NCBI RefSeq assembly: GCF_020745735.1
Contig: NW_026867636.1
Coordinates: forward strand, 222,388-286,387
Direction of reading: 5' to 3'
From: Hemiscyllium ocellatum
Taxonomy: Eukaryota
Length of the DNA: 64,000 nucleotides
Notes under the pieces: generated by a model
What the model saw: only the letters and a program-made list of their open reading frames with translations
Database searches by the model: none
Told to the model about the DNA's origin: nothing
Made by a program: the position numbers and the translations under genes
Part shown: positions 40,366 to 53,230 of the stretch, one piece after another
Layout of the letters: every line of letters starts with the position of its first letter
Position numbering within the stretch: the stretch's first letter is position 1

Positions 40366-41668
40366 GGGAAAAATGAGGACTGCAGATGCTGGAGATCAGA
40401 GCTGTAAACGTGTTGCTGGAAAAGCACAGCAGGTCAGGCAACATCCAAGGGGCAGGAAAATCGACGTTTCGGGCATGATCCCTTCTTCAGGAATGAGGAA
40501 TGTGTGCCAAGCAGGCTAAGAAAAAAGGTAGGGAGGAGGGACTTGGCGAAGGGGCATTGGAAATGCAATAGGTGGAAGGACATTAAGGTGAGGGTGATAA
40601 GGTGAGGGTGATAGGCCGGAGGCGGGGTGGGGGCAGAGAGGTCACGAACAAGCAAGCAGGTTAGGAAGGTGGTGCTGAGCTCTGTGGTTGGGACTGAGAC
40701 AAGGTGGGGGGAGAGGAAATGTGAAAGCTGGAGAAATCTGAGTTCATCACTTGTGGTTGGAGAGTTCCTAGGCGGAAGATAAGGCGCCCTTCATCCAGCC
40801 GTCGTGTTGCTATGGTCTGGCGATGGAGGAGTACAAGATCTCCATGTCCTTGGTGGGGTGGGAGGGGGAGTTGAAATGTTGAGCCACGGGGTGGTTGGGT
40901 TTGTTGGTCTGGGTGTCTCAGAAGTGTTCTCTGAAACATTCCACAAGTCGGCAGCCTGTCTCCCCAATATAGAGGAGGCCACATCGGGTGCAGCAGATGC
41001 AGGAAATGATGTGCGTGGAAGTGCAGGTGAATTTGTGGCGGATATGGAAGAATCACTTGGGGCGTTGGAGCGAAGTAAGTGGGGAGGTGTGGGTGCAAGG
41101 TTTGCATCTTGTGGTTGCACGGGAATGTGCCGGGAGTGGTGGTTGTGTTGGTGTGTGGACCTGACGATGCAGTCACGGAGGGAGTGGGTTTTCGGAACGC
41201 TGATAGGGGAGGGGAGGGAAATGTATCTTTTCTGGTGGGGTCCGTTTGGAGGTGTTCGAAATGACGACTGATGATACGATGTATATGGAGGTTGGTGGGG
41301 TGGTAGGTGAGGACCAGAGTTGTTCTGTCCTGGCGGCGATTGGATGGCCGGGGCAAAAGGGTGGATAAGCGGGAAGTGGACGAGTTTCGGTGGAGAGCAT
41401 CATCGACCAAATTTGGTGGGAAATTGCGCTCTTTGACGATTGAGGCCATCTGGGTTGTTTGGTATTGCAACTGGTCCTCCTGGAAGGAGATGTGGCACAG
41501 ACGAAGGAATTGTAATAGGGGTGGCATTTTAACAGGGGGCAGGGTGGGAGGCAGCGTAGTCTAGGTAGCTATTAGAGTCGGTCGGTTTATATTATACATT
41601 ATAATAGACATTTAGTATAAACCGACCGACTCCCACAGCTACCTAAACTTCACCTCCTCCCACCCTGC
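40366..41668 (-). mobile_element. Penelope-like element, 5'-truncated (RT C-terminus + GIY-YIG endonuclease + pLTR)
   Basis: ORF 40661..41527 LVLTYHPTN..PPLSAFRK..GTFPCN..RLIFRLGTLQP; another frame gives KFTCTSTH..CGLLYIGETG. Confidence 0.9.
40463..40490 (-). ncRNA. Minimal hammerhead ribozyme core in Penelope pLTR
   Basis: CTGAAGA-A-GGG-ATCATG-CCC-GAAA-CGTC: core boxes, 3-bp stem II, palindromic ACGT stem III, GUC cleavage triplet. Confidence 0.65.
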
Positions 41669-42149
41669 TCACTAGTCCGATTCTAAATAAATAAATAGGT
41701 CATCAATGTAAAAAGATAAGGACAGTTTGGGAAATCGGGAACAGCCGACTGACTACTGTAAGGGTAACTACTTCCAGCTCTCAAGACAAGCACCACCTAT
41801 CCAGAACAAGTATCACGGCCCGTTTCACTACTGTTCAAGAAAGCTGACTTCAAAGATACGACAGGGCTGTCACAAGAACTTGACACAGAGGGTTATCTTG
41901 GAAACAGGTTCAGAGGACAGGGTGAGCAGCATTTCTGAAGACCATTTCATTGCTAACTTTGAGAGACCTAGTTTCAGCCTATTATTATTGACAATTCGAT
42001 ATCAGTAGGTGAGACCTGCTGAATTGAACACACTTGTTGACTGGTGTCCTACTTTTTTGAATGAAACCGAAGTGATCATAATCTAGTCAATTTCGTTTGC
42101 GTGCGATTGGTTAATTCAAAACGAGTGGAAATCGCTCTGAACATGGCTG

Positions 42150-44910
42150 AAGATCTTCTGGTGTTTGATGATGAGAACCGATATTTTCCAGGAACGTTTA
42201 TAAAGATACAGGAATGATAGAAACTGGCGGCATATATCATCACATAGGTTCAGACTTTCGTAGTCATTGCAGAGCCATGTTTGCAGTATGGGCCCGAATG
42301 TGAGCTAAATATCCAGGAGTCTATGGCTGTTAGGAAGAATAGAAGAAGTAAGGGGTGGTGGCGCAATTCTGATGGTTAAGGACGGCATCGTGGTGGTGTT
42401 GCGAGATTATACAGGTTTTACGGGGAATAAATGAATCAACTTAGATGACATTTAGAAATTCTGAGACGATAAAATCATTGGTAGCTGTCTTCGATCGATA
42501 ATCAAATAATAATATTAGAACGGGGTGGGCAATAAACAAAGCAATAACGCATGTCTGCAAAAATGGTACGGCAATTATCACTGGGAATTTTAACCGACAT
42601 GTCGATTGGCCGAACGATTTCGAGCAGGCTAGTCCTGATACTTCTCTTCAATTCTACGTAATGTAAATGACGAAGGAGCAAGCTGTCATAGCGTTGGCCC
42701 TGTCTTTGGAGAACTAAATAATTAATGTCTTCATAGTTAGGGCTCCTCTTGGCAGGAGCGTTCCAGGTATGGTTGAATTTAGAATACAGATGGAAAGTCA
42801 GAAGATAAAATCCAAAACAAGGACCAAGAGCTTGAACAAGATTGATGACAATAGCCTGAGCGAGGAGTTGGCCTAAGTAGATTGGAAGCAAAAACTTTAT
42901 GGTGGATTAGTTGATGAAGAGTGGAGAACTTTCAAAACAATTTTTCGAAGTGCTCAGCAGAAGTGCATCTCAGTGAAAAGCAAGGGCTGCAGCAAAGGGG
43001 TAAACTGTCATTCGTCTCTCAGGAAAACGCGCAGGCTATCAAATGGAAAGAGAAGGCATGTGATGTGGTTAAGATCGGATGTAACTCGAAGACCGGGTAA
43101 GGCTTAAAGGTAAACAGAATGCCACAGAAAGTGTAATAAAGAAAACTCGGACTGATTATGAGAAAAAAAACAGAACTAGCACAAAATGTGTAAAACAAGC
43201 AAAAGTATCATTTCATATGTGAAACAAAAAATATTCACTAAAGTAATAGAATTCTTCAGAGGAAGTGAGGAAGAATTTGGTGATGGGGTATGAGGAACTG
43301 GCTGAGACTTTGACTAGGTATTTTGTTTATGTCATCAGAGTGGAGGAAACGAATAACATGCGACAAATTGACAGAGACAAGAAGGTAGCAGACGACCTGA
43401 AAGCAACCATTATCGCAAGAAAGGTAGTGTTGGGCAGGCGAATGGTCGACAAGTCTCCTGACCTTGATGAAATGCAGCCCAATGTGCCAAAATTTTCCGA
43501 AATTTACTGGACTCGGCGACACTGCTGCAAATCCGAAAACATCAAATGTGACGCCAGTGTTTTCAACTGGAAGTAGGCAACCATGGGAAATCATAGATCC
43601 ATTAGCTTAACTTCTGTGGTGGAACAAATGCTTGAGTCTATTATCAAAGATGCAGTTGTAAGGCATCTTGATATAAATTGTTTATTTGGGCAGACTCAGC
43701 ACGTATTCCTGAAGAGCAGGTCATCATAAACTAATTCATTGGAATTGTATAAAGGCTTATGACCATGGTGGTCAAGGTGGATCCAGTACATGCTGTGTAT
43801 CAATATTTCCAAAAGGCATTCTACAACACAGAATGATGCTGCATCAGATACACTGCGAAGGCTTCCGGGTAAAGTATTGCATGAATAGTGTGTTTATTAA
43901 ACACCGTGGATCTAAGAGTGTGGATAAATGAGTACTCTTCTGCTTGATAGTTACTGTTTAATGGGCTGCCTCAGGGATCAGTGTTGTATCTTCAGTTATT
44001 CACAATTTAGATTGCTGATTTGGAGTTGCAGACCAAATGAAAAATGGCAAAGTTTGCAGATGACAGGAAGATGAGTGGTAGAGCAAAATGTCCGAAGGAC
44101 TGTGGAAGTTTGCAAAGGAACTTCGATAGTTTAAGTGAGTGGGCCAACGTCTATAAGATGCAATACAATGTTAATAAACATGACGTCATCAATTTCATTA
44201 GGAATAACAGTGAAAAGGAATTTCACTTCAATAGCGAGAAATTACAACATGCTGCTCTGCTGAATGACCCGTGTGTATGATCCCCAGAACGCTGGTCTGC
44301 AGCTCCAACAATTACTTCAGAAGGCAAATGAAATTCTGCCTTCAATGGGACAGGGATTGATTTTAACAGTAGAGAGGTCATGTTGCAGTTATGTAGGTTG
44401 TTGGTGAGCCCGCCGCTGGAGTACAGCTTGCAGATTTGGTCTCCCTACTTGAGAAATGATGTACTTGCACGACGAGGGGTGCAAGGGCTGTTCACTGGAT
44501 TGATTCTCGCGTAGAGGCGCTCGGCTTATGAGGACAGATGGAGTAGACTGGATTGAATCCATTGAAATTCAGAAAAAATGATGGTGGATCTCACAGAAAC
44601 CTCGAATGTTATACTAGAGAAGTAGAGAGGATGTTTCCACTGGCGGGTTAGTCTAGGACAAGAGGGAATAGCCTTAACATTAGGTGGAACGGGTTTCGGA
44701 CTGAACTGAGAAGAACATTCTGTACAGAGAGAGTTGTGATTCTGTGGAATTCCCAACCTTGTGAAGTCGTCAAGAGTTTCTCAGTGAACGTATTTAAATG
44801 TAATATAGCTAATATTTTCAGTAGGAAGGGAATTAATGTTTATGGTGAGAGGGCGAGTACGTATAGCTAACGGCTCGAAAAGATCTACCATGACATTATT
44901 GAATGGCTAA
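42150..44910 (+). mobile_element. CR1 LINE ORF2, decayed
   Basis: AETLTRYFVYV, DKSPDLDEMQP, KFADDRKM..LSEWAN, and 3' UTR. Confidence 0.85.
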
Positions 44911-44929
44911 ATGTTCTTAAACTTTTAGT

Positions 44930-45420
44930 CTGAGCAAACAGGCTAATATTTGTTTCAACTAGAAATAAGAGGAAACCTCAAATTATACAAGAGTCGGTCA
45001 AATACTTAGTTATATCTGAGAAAGTGTAACTGCAATGCAGAGAGAAAAATTAAATCGAAAGTTAAACAATTAGAATTAGAAAATAAGGACAAGGAAATAG
45101 GAGGAAGAAAAGGGACTGAAGCGTTTAGAATTGCGGTTACAAGCAGGAGAAAGAGGAAGAAAACGAGAGAAAAAATGGAATGAATGTCTGAAGTGGAAAA
45201 GATGAAGATGGAACGTGAAGAAAAATATAACTCAAATGACAGAAGGATAGTTACAAGGTGGAAATTAAGGTGTGCAACTCCTCATAGCTAACAAACCGGT
45301 AGGGTAAGTACAAATATGTCCAAACGTTACGAAAATTTGATGGTAAAAGACTGTGGACGACTTCCTCCTTTCCATTTAGAATTTAGCTCGGCAGACGGAC
45401 TGGTTCATAGCTATTTGGGC
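44930..45420 (+). mobile_element. Gmr1-like Gypsy gag N-terminal fragment
   Basis: E/K/R-rich stretch then YKYVQTLRKFDGK/VDDFLLSI*NLARQTDW, resembling the P.F.E.DVE.FF..FE..A....W gag motif. Confidence 0.65.
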
Positions 45421-45424
45421 AGAA

Positions 45425-46310
45425 AATCGGTTGCTGGAAAAGTGCAGCAGGTCAGGCAACGTCCAGGGAGCAGGAGAATCGATGTTTCGGGCATGAGCCC
45501 TTCTTCAGGAATGAGGAAAGTGTGCCAGGCAGGCTAAGATAAAACGTAGGGTTGAGGGACTTGGGGGCGGGGCGGTGGAAATGCACCAGGTGGAATGAGG
45601 TTAAGGTGAGGGTGTTAAGTTGAGGGTGATAGGGCGGAGTGGGGGTGGGGGGCGGAGAGGTCAGGAAAAAGATTGCAGGTTAGGAAGGTGGTGCTGTGTT
45701 CGAGGGTTGGGACTGATACAAGATGGGGGGAGGGGAAATGGGGAAACTGGAAAAATCTGAGTTCATCCCTTGTGGTTGGAGGGTTCCTAGGCGGAAGATG
45801 AGGCGCTATTCATCCAGCTATCATGATGCTATCGTCTGATGATGGAGGAGTCTAAGGACCTGCATGTTCTTGGTGGAGTGCGCGGGGAGTTGAAGTGTTG
45901 AGCCACGGGCTGGTTGGGTTGTTTGGTCCTGGTGTCCTAGAGGTTCTCTCTGAAACGTTCCGCAAGTAGGCGGCCTGTCTCCCCAATACAGAGGAGGGCA
46001 CATCGGGAGTGATGTGTGTGGAGGTGCAGGTGAATTTGTGGCGGATATGGAAGGTTCCCTTGGAGACTTGGAGGGAAGTAATGGGGGAGGTGTGGGCGCA
46101 CATTTTGCATTTCTTTCGGTTGCAGGGAACCATGCCAGAAGTGGAGGTTGGGTTGGTGAGTGGTGTGGACCTGACGAGGGAGTCAAGGAAGGAGTGGTCT
46201 TTTCGGAACGCTGATAGGGGAGGGGAGGGAAATATATCCCTGGTGGTGGGGTCCGTTTGGAGATAGCGGAAATGACGACGGATAATACGATGTAGATGGA
46301 GTTTGGTGGA
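45425..46310 (-). mobile_element. Penelope-like element, 5'-truncated
   Basis: PCNRKKCKMCAHTSPITSLQVSKGTFHIRHKFTCTSTHI (GIY-YIG region); same family as 40366-41668. Confidence 0.9.
45481..45508 (-). ncRNA. Minimal hammerhead ribozyme core in Penelope pLTR
   Basis: CTGAAGA-A-GGGC-TCAT-GCCC-GAAA-CATC: CUGAnGA box, 4-bp stem II, GAAA, NUH triplet. Confidence 0.65.
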
Positions 46311-47249
46311 GTGGAGTTTGAGTCCTCGACATATTCAACATGTTTCCTTTGACTTTGCCGAGAGATCAGATTAAACAGATTTGGCTCAAGACCTATGTTC
46401 AATTATTCTGGGTGTTTTGGGCGTGGACAAATGTAGTTTGACTGGATAAAGTGTATAATATAAGGTATTGAGAGTGACCAAAGATCAAATGACGTGCACT
46501 CGCAACGCCCCACTCTTGCGTGTGTTTCCGTGGTTGTGAAGGAAATGTCCGTGTTTTAGAATCTTAAAAAAATTATGGAGCTTTAGTCTGTATCTGAAGC
46601 TTGGCCGTGCAGGTGCGTGTGTGTTTTGAGAGAATGTTCTCGTGTGTGTATGATGGAATGTGCAGATGTCAGACAGATATGTCGCAGATCGTATGCGTCT
46701 AAATGAGAACGTACGTGTGTTAAAGCATGTGTGTTTGCGTGAAGGATTGTGTGCCCGTAAGGGTAACCGAGTTTGTCATTGAGTACATATAGGTCAGACA
46801 GTGTTACAAGTACGTGAGAAGGAATGTGAAAATAGACTGATTAAGTTTGTAAGTGCATAAGGTTCCAAGTGTATGTTTCTCTGTTTGCAAGTGTATGTGT
46901 GCACGCGCATGATATTGACGGTACTTGCATTACAGTTTGTGTGTATATGTGTGTTTGTGACTGACAACTTGACAATCCATGTCTGATTGTGCTTGTGAGC
47001 ATGTGTCAGTGCGTTTATACTAGTGTTTTTGATTGTACGACTGTCTGTGTGCTGGAGTTTGCATGAGACGTTCTGTGTCTGCATGGTTTTGTGCTTATGT
47101 GTGTAGAATGTGCCACAGAGCGACTGTGCGACGGGAAATCCCGAAATATATGTTAATATCTTCAGGGAAATGGAATTCCAGACCAAGAGAAATTCACAAC
47201 ACTTACACATGTTCGTGACACAATGTCAATAACCGCAGTGTATTATTTG

Positions 47250-48340
47250 TCCTGCACATTGTTGGCTCTATTATCATGTTACATTTTGCATCGCATAACC
47301 CCTGTGGAAAATAACGTTTGATAATTTCTCACCATTTCAACTAAGAGTATTTTGTTTTATTTTCTATTTTTCTGCAAACATGAATCACTTTTCACCACAG
47401 TATATTTATTCTGTAAACATTTTTAAAATGCCTCACACGAATCAGACAGCAAAGTGGATGATATGATGAGATGTGAATGCACACGCAACATTTTCATGCT
47501 CCAATGTTACAATATCCAGTCGGAAATCTCACTTAACTCAAAGCCTGGAATTGTGAACTGGGCATTCAATGGGAGTGCAACGAAGGTTCGCCTGCCTAAC
47601 AAACGATGTGAGAGGATGGATCCTGAGGAAAGGTTGCTTCACCTGTACATATAATCAGAAGTATGAGTGGGGCGGGGGAAATTAGATTACTTACATTGTA
47701 AAACAAGCCCTTCGTCCCAATAAGTACACACCGACTCGCCGAAGCGCTAACCACCCAGACCCAATCCACTACATTTACCACTTCAGCTTACACAACTGGC
47801 AATTTATCGTGGCAAATTCACGGATCCTACACATGTCTTTAGAGTTTTGCGATGACAGTGAAGCCAACCCACGGGGCGAATGTGCAAACGCCACACAGTC
47901 AGTCGCCTGAGGTGAGAACTGAACATGGGTCTCTGATGCATTGAAGCATCATTGCTAACCAGTCCGCCACCGTGGAGATCTGAGTGGCATGGCTCCCATT
48001 GTAACAGTTTTGAACACATCAGACGCCTGGAGGATGTTTCACCAATTCTGGGATTCTATTCTCAAACCAAAGGTCAAAGTGTCCAGACATAGAGGAGAAC
48101 ATATTGAACGGAACTGGCTTTCAATCTGAAATTCTCAACCGCAAACAGCTATGTAGGTAAGTTTCTGAATAGAATCAAGTAAAAGATTGATCATACATTG
48201 GAGATTTAATATATCACACGGGACGGAGAGAACTGAGAAAATGGGGCCAAGATACAGGATGAGCAGTGAGCATGCTGAATGGGAGACCACGCAAGATGGG
48301 CTGGATGGCCTGTTCCTGCTCCTGTTTTCTCTGTTTCCGT
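47250..48340 (+). mobile_element. Very old CR1 3' end interrupted by the HE1 SINE (mirror ~26110-27190 -)
   Basis: GGGAGTGCAACGAAGGTTC (GVQRRF), GAGGAAAGGTTG (EERL), GATGGCCTGTTCCTGCTCCT tail. Confidence 0.7.
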
Positions 48341-51334
48341 CAGTGTATTGTCCTTCTGGAAGTCTCATTCTGGCAAGTATCAACAGCTGCTTCCTTGAGA
48401 CATTCCTCAGTCTTGAAAACCTGAAATTCTTTGCAGAATCATTTGCATTCAATCTGAAGATGAAAATTGTCCACAGGACTTTGACGAAGTGATGGTAAAG
48501 GAACAGCTAGCATAGCTCAACCAGAGGCTGGTACATGACATGGAGGGGAGTTTGCATTTTGGGACATAACTGTTGCCTTTGTGTGCTCATGCACGGTTAT
48601 GGTTGAGACCTTGGAATTCAATTTGAAAGATCATGGAAATTGTCGATTCACAGAAGATCCAACTCCTGCCTCTACAGATATTTGTTAATAAGCTTATCTT
48701 TCCGCAGTTTTGATGACTGAGTGAATGCTTTCCCACACTCAGTCCAGATGAATAAACTTTTTTCCTGTCAGAATTCGACAGTACATCGCCTTTCTACAAT
48801 GATAAAAATTAAATGGAAACACAGCAGTGTGAATTGAATGGTTCATCAACAAACAGGAAGTTGAGTTATCAGATTTACATACTGCAAACAGACGGTTGAA
48901 CTCTCCCCTGTGTGACCTCACTGGTCATAGAGTCATAGAGATGTCCAGCATGGAAACAGACCCTTCTGTTCAACCCGTCCATGCTGACCAGATATCCCAA
49001 ACCAAACTAGCCTCATCTGCCAGCACGTGTCTCAACAGGGAAAAATATTCACTGTTTGTTTCCCTACACTCAGTGTAGCTGAGTGTCCTCTCTCCAGGGG
49101 AAGCACGCTGTGTTTCCAGAGGGCAAACACATCTGTGAATTCCTTCCCATATTCCGAGAAGATAAATGGCCTCTCCCAGCTGTGACCATGTTGAAGAAAC
49201 TCCAGTGTTGACGTGGAATATAATCCCTCCCCATGGAAATCGATTTTTTAGTTCCTCCATGTTGCACGTCTCATTGAGTCTTTGAAAGTTTGAAAATCAG
49301 CTAAAGGCTCATGCACCCAGAATACGATGCAGTCTTCATGGGATAAATGAAATTAAATGGGGAATGGTAGGGACTCGTATTACTTGTTTTTTTTTTGCTT
49401 TGAGGTTCATTACGTGCTGCAGCTCATTTCTTCGATTTCTTGAAGAATTCATTACGGATTTGTAAGCTTTTGCGTTGTTTTGGAACTTTTGGAAAAAAAA
49501 TCAAAAGCAGAGGTCTTTTGAACGGGAGAAGAGAGAGACAGCAAGAGACCATGTGAGAGGCTAGTCACAGAACGCATCACTCTGTCAAACTTTGACTTCT
49601 AGTATCATATAAAAGGAGTTACACAGTTAATAAGCATAAGCAAAACTCAGAACAAACAATTCCCGATTATAGAGAGTGGCATTTTCTTCCCTCTTCCACG
49701 AAATCTGTGTAACCCTCCACCTCACACCATCTCTGTCACCAGTGTCAGGCCGCTGACCATAATGTATACCCACCACATTCTCCTCAAGTTTCTATAAACA
49801 AATAAAGAGTCAACCCTTCTTGTACTGGACAGTCTCTGCTCCCTTTCTGGGTTCTCCTCGTTTTCCTTCAATTCTACAAGTTAAATATTTAATCTCCGAA
49901 TTTTATAAGAGAGGAAATGGACAGAAAAAAAGATATAATATTGTTTTGACAGTGCTGTGCTCACCCTAGAGGAAGTTGGATTCTAGGTGAAACTTCACCT
50001 TTATTCAGACAGCAGCAGCAGCAGCAAAAGCTCTGCTTAGCAAGAAGGAGCAGCTATACAAGTTCATCGTTCAACGTTGAAACTCAGGCAATAGGGCAGC
50101 TCTGATTGGTTGGGAGACCAGAGTACTTACTGTCTTCCAAGTTTTCTTGTTGTATTGTTGTATTAAGATGACCGTGGGAGTGGGACCAAGAACGACTTGG
50201 CAGTGGGAATGTTGTACCCATAATTTAATGAATAAACCCGGCAGCACCAGGATGGGGAGAAATCAATGTTTCTGGTGTTACAGTTCTTGAAGAAGTTTCG
50301 CACTCGAAACATTTACGTCGCCACCTCTTAATTCTGCCTAGTTTGCTGCGTTTTGCCAACCTCCTGCTCGTCTACCTTGTATTCCATCATCTGTAGTTTT
50401 TTTGTCTCTACCCACTGAAAAAACCCGCATGCGGCCTTTCTCTACGAATTACAGAGCTGAACGCGTACCATCCCAAACACTTTTTAAACATTTACAGATT
50501 CCCGTGACAGCTTCCCACATGCGCTGTTTCAAGTTTACCTGCCTCGGTCGATTGTGGGAGTTGTAGTCTCCATGAATCCACTGGAGTTCTCTGGAACGTC
50601 TGCAAAAAGTATGGGGTGGAGTATTGTGGGAACAGAACACCCTTTCAGACTCGCACGTCATTTGGTCTATCACTGGAGTTCACGGTGACACCCCTTAGCC
50701 AAAATAAAAAAAAAGCTTTCTGACATCAGAAAGAAAGATTCAGACATTTATGAATTGGAGAACAATAGAAGGAAGAGATTTATCCAAAGTTGTGGAGAGA
50801 TATCCTTGTGTAAAAGTGTTGGGGATCTGTGGGAATCATTCCAAAGGGCCTGTTTCCATACAGGAGCGAATCTTATGTAATCTCTCCCCTAAATCTAAGT
50901 GATGCTAGGGCACGGAACAAAATTAACGCAGAGATACAGGTTTTGAATTAACTTTGGGTTGAAGGGTCAAGAAGTGTTCAGTGTTCAGGAAATCCCAGTG
51001 AGGAGTTGACCTCAGTAATCATTGTCTCCAATGTTGGAGTAGTGTTGAAGGGCTGATGTGCACCCCTCCTAAACTTCTCAGGTCGGAGTTTTTATTTTCC
51101 TACGTTCAGTCATACTGAAGGTGAACCCGAAAATCTGCATCTTCACTGAAAGCTATTTGGGGAAAAACAGGAACATTGTCGCATAACTCATCATACCAAA
51201 CCTCGATAAGGAGGATGCATGTGGGAGGTAGGAGTTTATACTTCTATACGCAGTGGTATATTCACAAAATCTACAAAATGTGTCCTAACTATCCAAACTG
51301 TATTTCCAATGATACCTCTTGCAAAGCCTATCTT

Positions 51335-53230
51335 TAAAGAATAAAGAACAAATTACATTACAGCACCACAACAGTCCTTTCGGCCCGCCAAGCCTGTGAC
51401 GATTCAGATGCTCGATCTAAACCTGTCGCCTATCTTCTAAGGATCTGTATCCCTTTTCCCCCTGCTTATTCATGTTCCTGGCCAGATATATCTTAAATGA
51501 CGATATCTTTCCTGCCCCAACCACCTCAACTGGCAACGCTTTCCAGGCATCTACTGTCCTCTAAATGCAGAGAGCTCCACGTATATCTCTGCTAAACTTT
51601 GCCCTCTTACTTTGATCACGTGGTCCCTAGTAGTTGACTCATCTACTCTGTGAAAAGTCTTCTTGTTATCCGCCCTGTCAACACATCTCATGGATTTGAC
51701 GGCCGCAATCAGGTCTCTTCTTTCTTTCATCCCTTCTTTCCAATGAAAATAATCATAATCTACTCAAACTCTCCTCACAGTTAACAATCTCCATAACAGG
51801 CAACAGGCTGCTCAATCTCCTCTGCGCCCTCTTCAAATCATCCACATCCGTTTGGTAATGCGGAGATCAGAATACTCCAAAATGGCTGAACTAAAGTCTT
51901 ATGCAACTGTACTCAATATCCCGTCCCACTTTCCCACTTTAATTATCTGCTTTGCCAGCTTCAGGGGACAATGGACCTGAACAACGAGGTCTCTCTGAAC
52001 TTCAATTTTCCCCAGGACGGTTCCATTTTCTCGACAGTTCATTCTTTAATTGGATGTTCCAAAGTGCATCACTTCGCATTTGAATGACTGAACTCCATTT
52101 GTCATTTCTCTGCCCTGTTCTCCAATCCATCTATAGTCTGCTGTATTGTCTGACAGTCACCTTCACTATCTTCTCTTCGACAAACCTCATCGTGATTTGC
52201 AAACGTGTTAATGGGGCAACCTACATCACCCTCCAAATCATTTATGTTTATCACAAGCAACAGTTGTCCTAGCACGATCCCCGGAGAACACCAACTGCTC
52301 ACAGGTTTCCATTTTGAAAAACACCCATCCACTATTACTCTCCACTACTTAACAGAATTCTGTTTTTTTTTAAATGCACGGCTTTTGTTCGTGTANNNNN
52401 NNNNNNNNNNNNNNNNNNNNNNNNNNNNNNNNNNNNNNNNNNNNNNNNNNNNNNNNNNNNNNNNNNNNNNNNNNNNNNNNNNNNNNNNNNNNNNNNNNNN
52501 NNNNNNNNNNNNNNNNNNNNNNNCTGTTCTTCTAGGTAGAACACCATGGATCTCATGCAAATTCAACTTTTTCATCAGCCTACCATGGCGAACTTTATCA
52601 AACGCCTTACTGAAGTCTATATATGTTACATTTATCTCCCTTCCCTGATAAAGTGCCTTTGACACCTCTTCAAAGATTCTATTAAGTTTGTTAGGTATGG
52701 CCTTCCATGCACAACACCATGTTATCACCATGACAAACGCATTTTATTCCAAATTGGCGCATACCCTATCCCTCATTATCATGTCCGGTAGCTTCCCTAA
52801 CACTGACGTCAGGCTCACGGGTCTGTAATTACCTGGATTATCCATGTTAACCTTCTTAAACAAGGGGGCAACATCATTATGTTACCAGTCTCCTACGACC
52901 TCCATCGTGTTCACTGACACGTCCACCTTAGTGCCTTTGATAATACCCAATGCATACTCCCTCCTAAAGGCGACCTGACATATTGTAATCAAATATCTAT
53001 ACCCAACCTCAACACCTGCCATTTCACTGTCCACGGTGAATACCGACGCAATGTATGCATTCAGAATCTCACCCAATTCTCAAGCATATATTTACTCCTG
53101 TGACTTTCAGTGGACCACCCATTTCCCTTGTGATCGGATTTCTCTTTACATATGATTAAAAGTCTTCAGTGTTTTCATGAAACCTGCTCGCTAAGTGTAT
53201 ATCATGACCCCTTATGACCAATTATTCCTT
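51335..53230 (-). mobile_element. CR1 LINE inside right arm (mirror of 21340-23125)
   Basis: YIDFSKAFDKVRHGRL; same internal deletion junction as the left copy. Confidence 0.9.
52396..52523. other. Assembly gap (128 N)
   Basis: Run of N. Confidence 1.

Noticed and set aside
40661-41527. 288-aa ORF as a host gene
   Set aside because: Frameshifted Penelope RT/GIY-YIG remnant.
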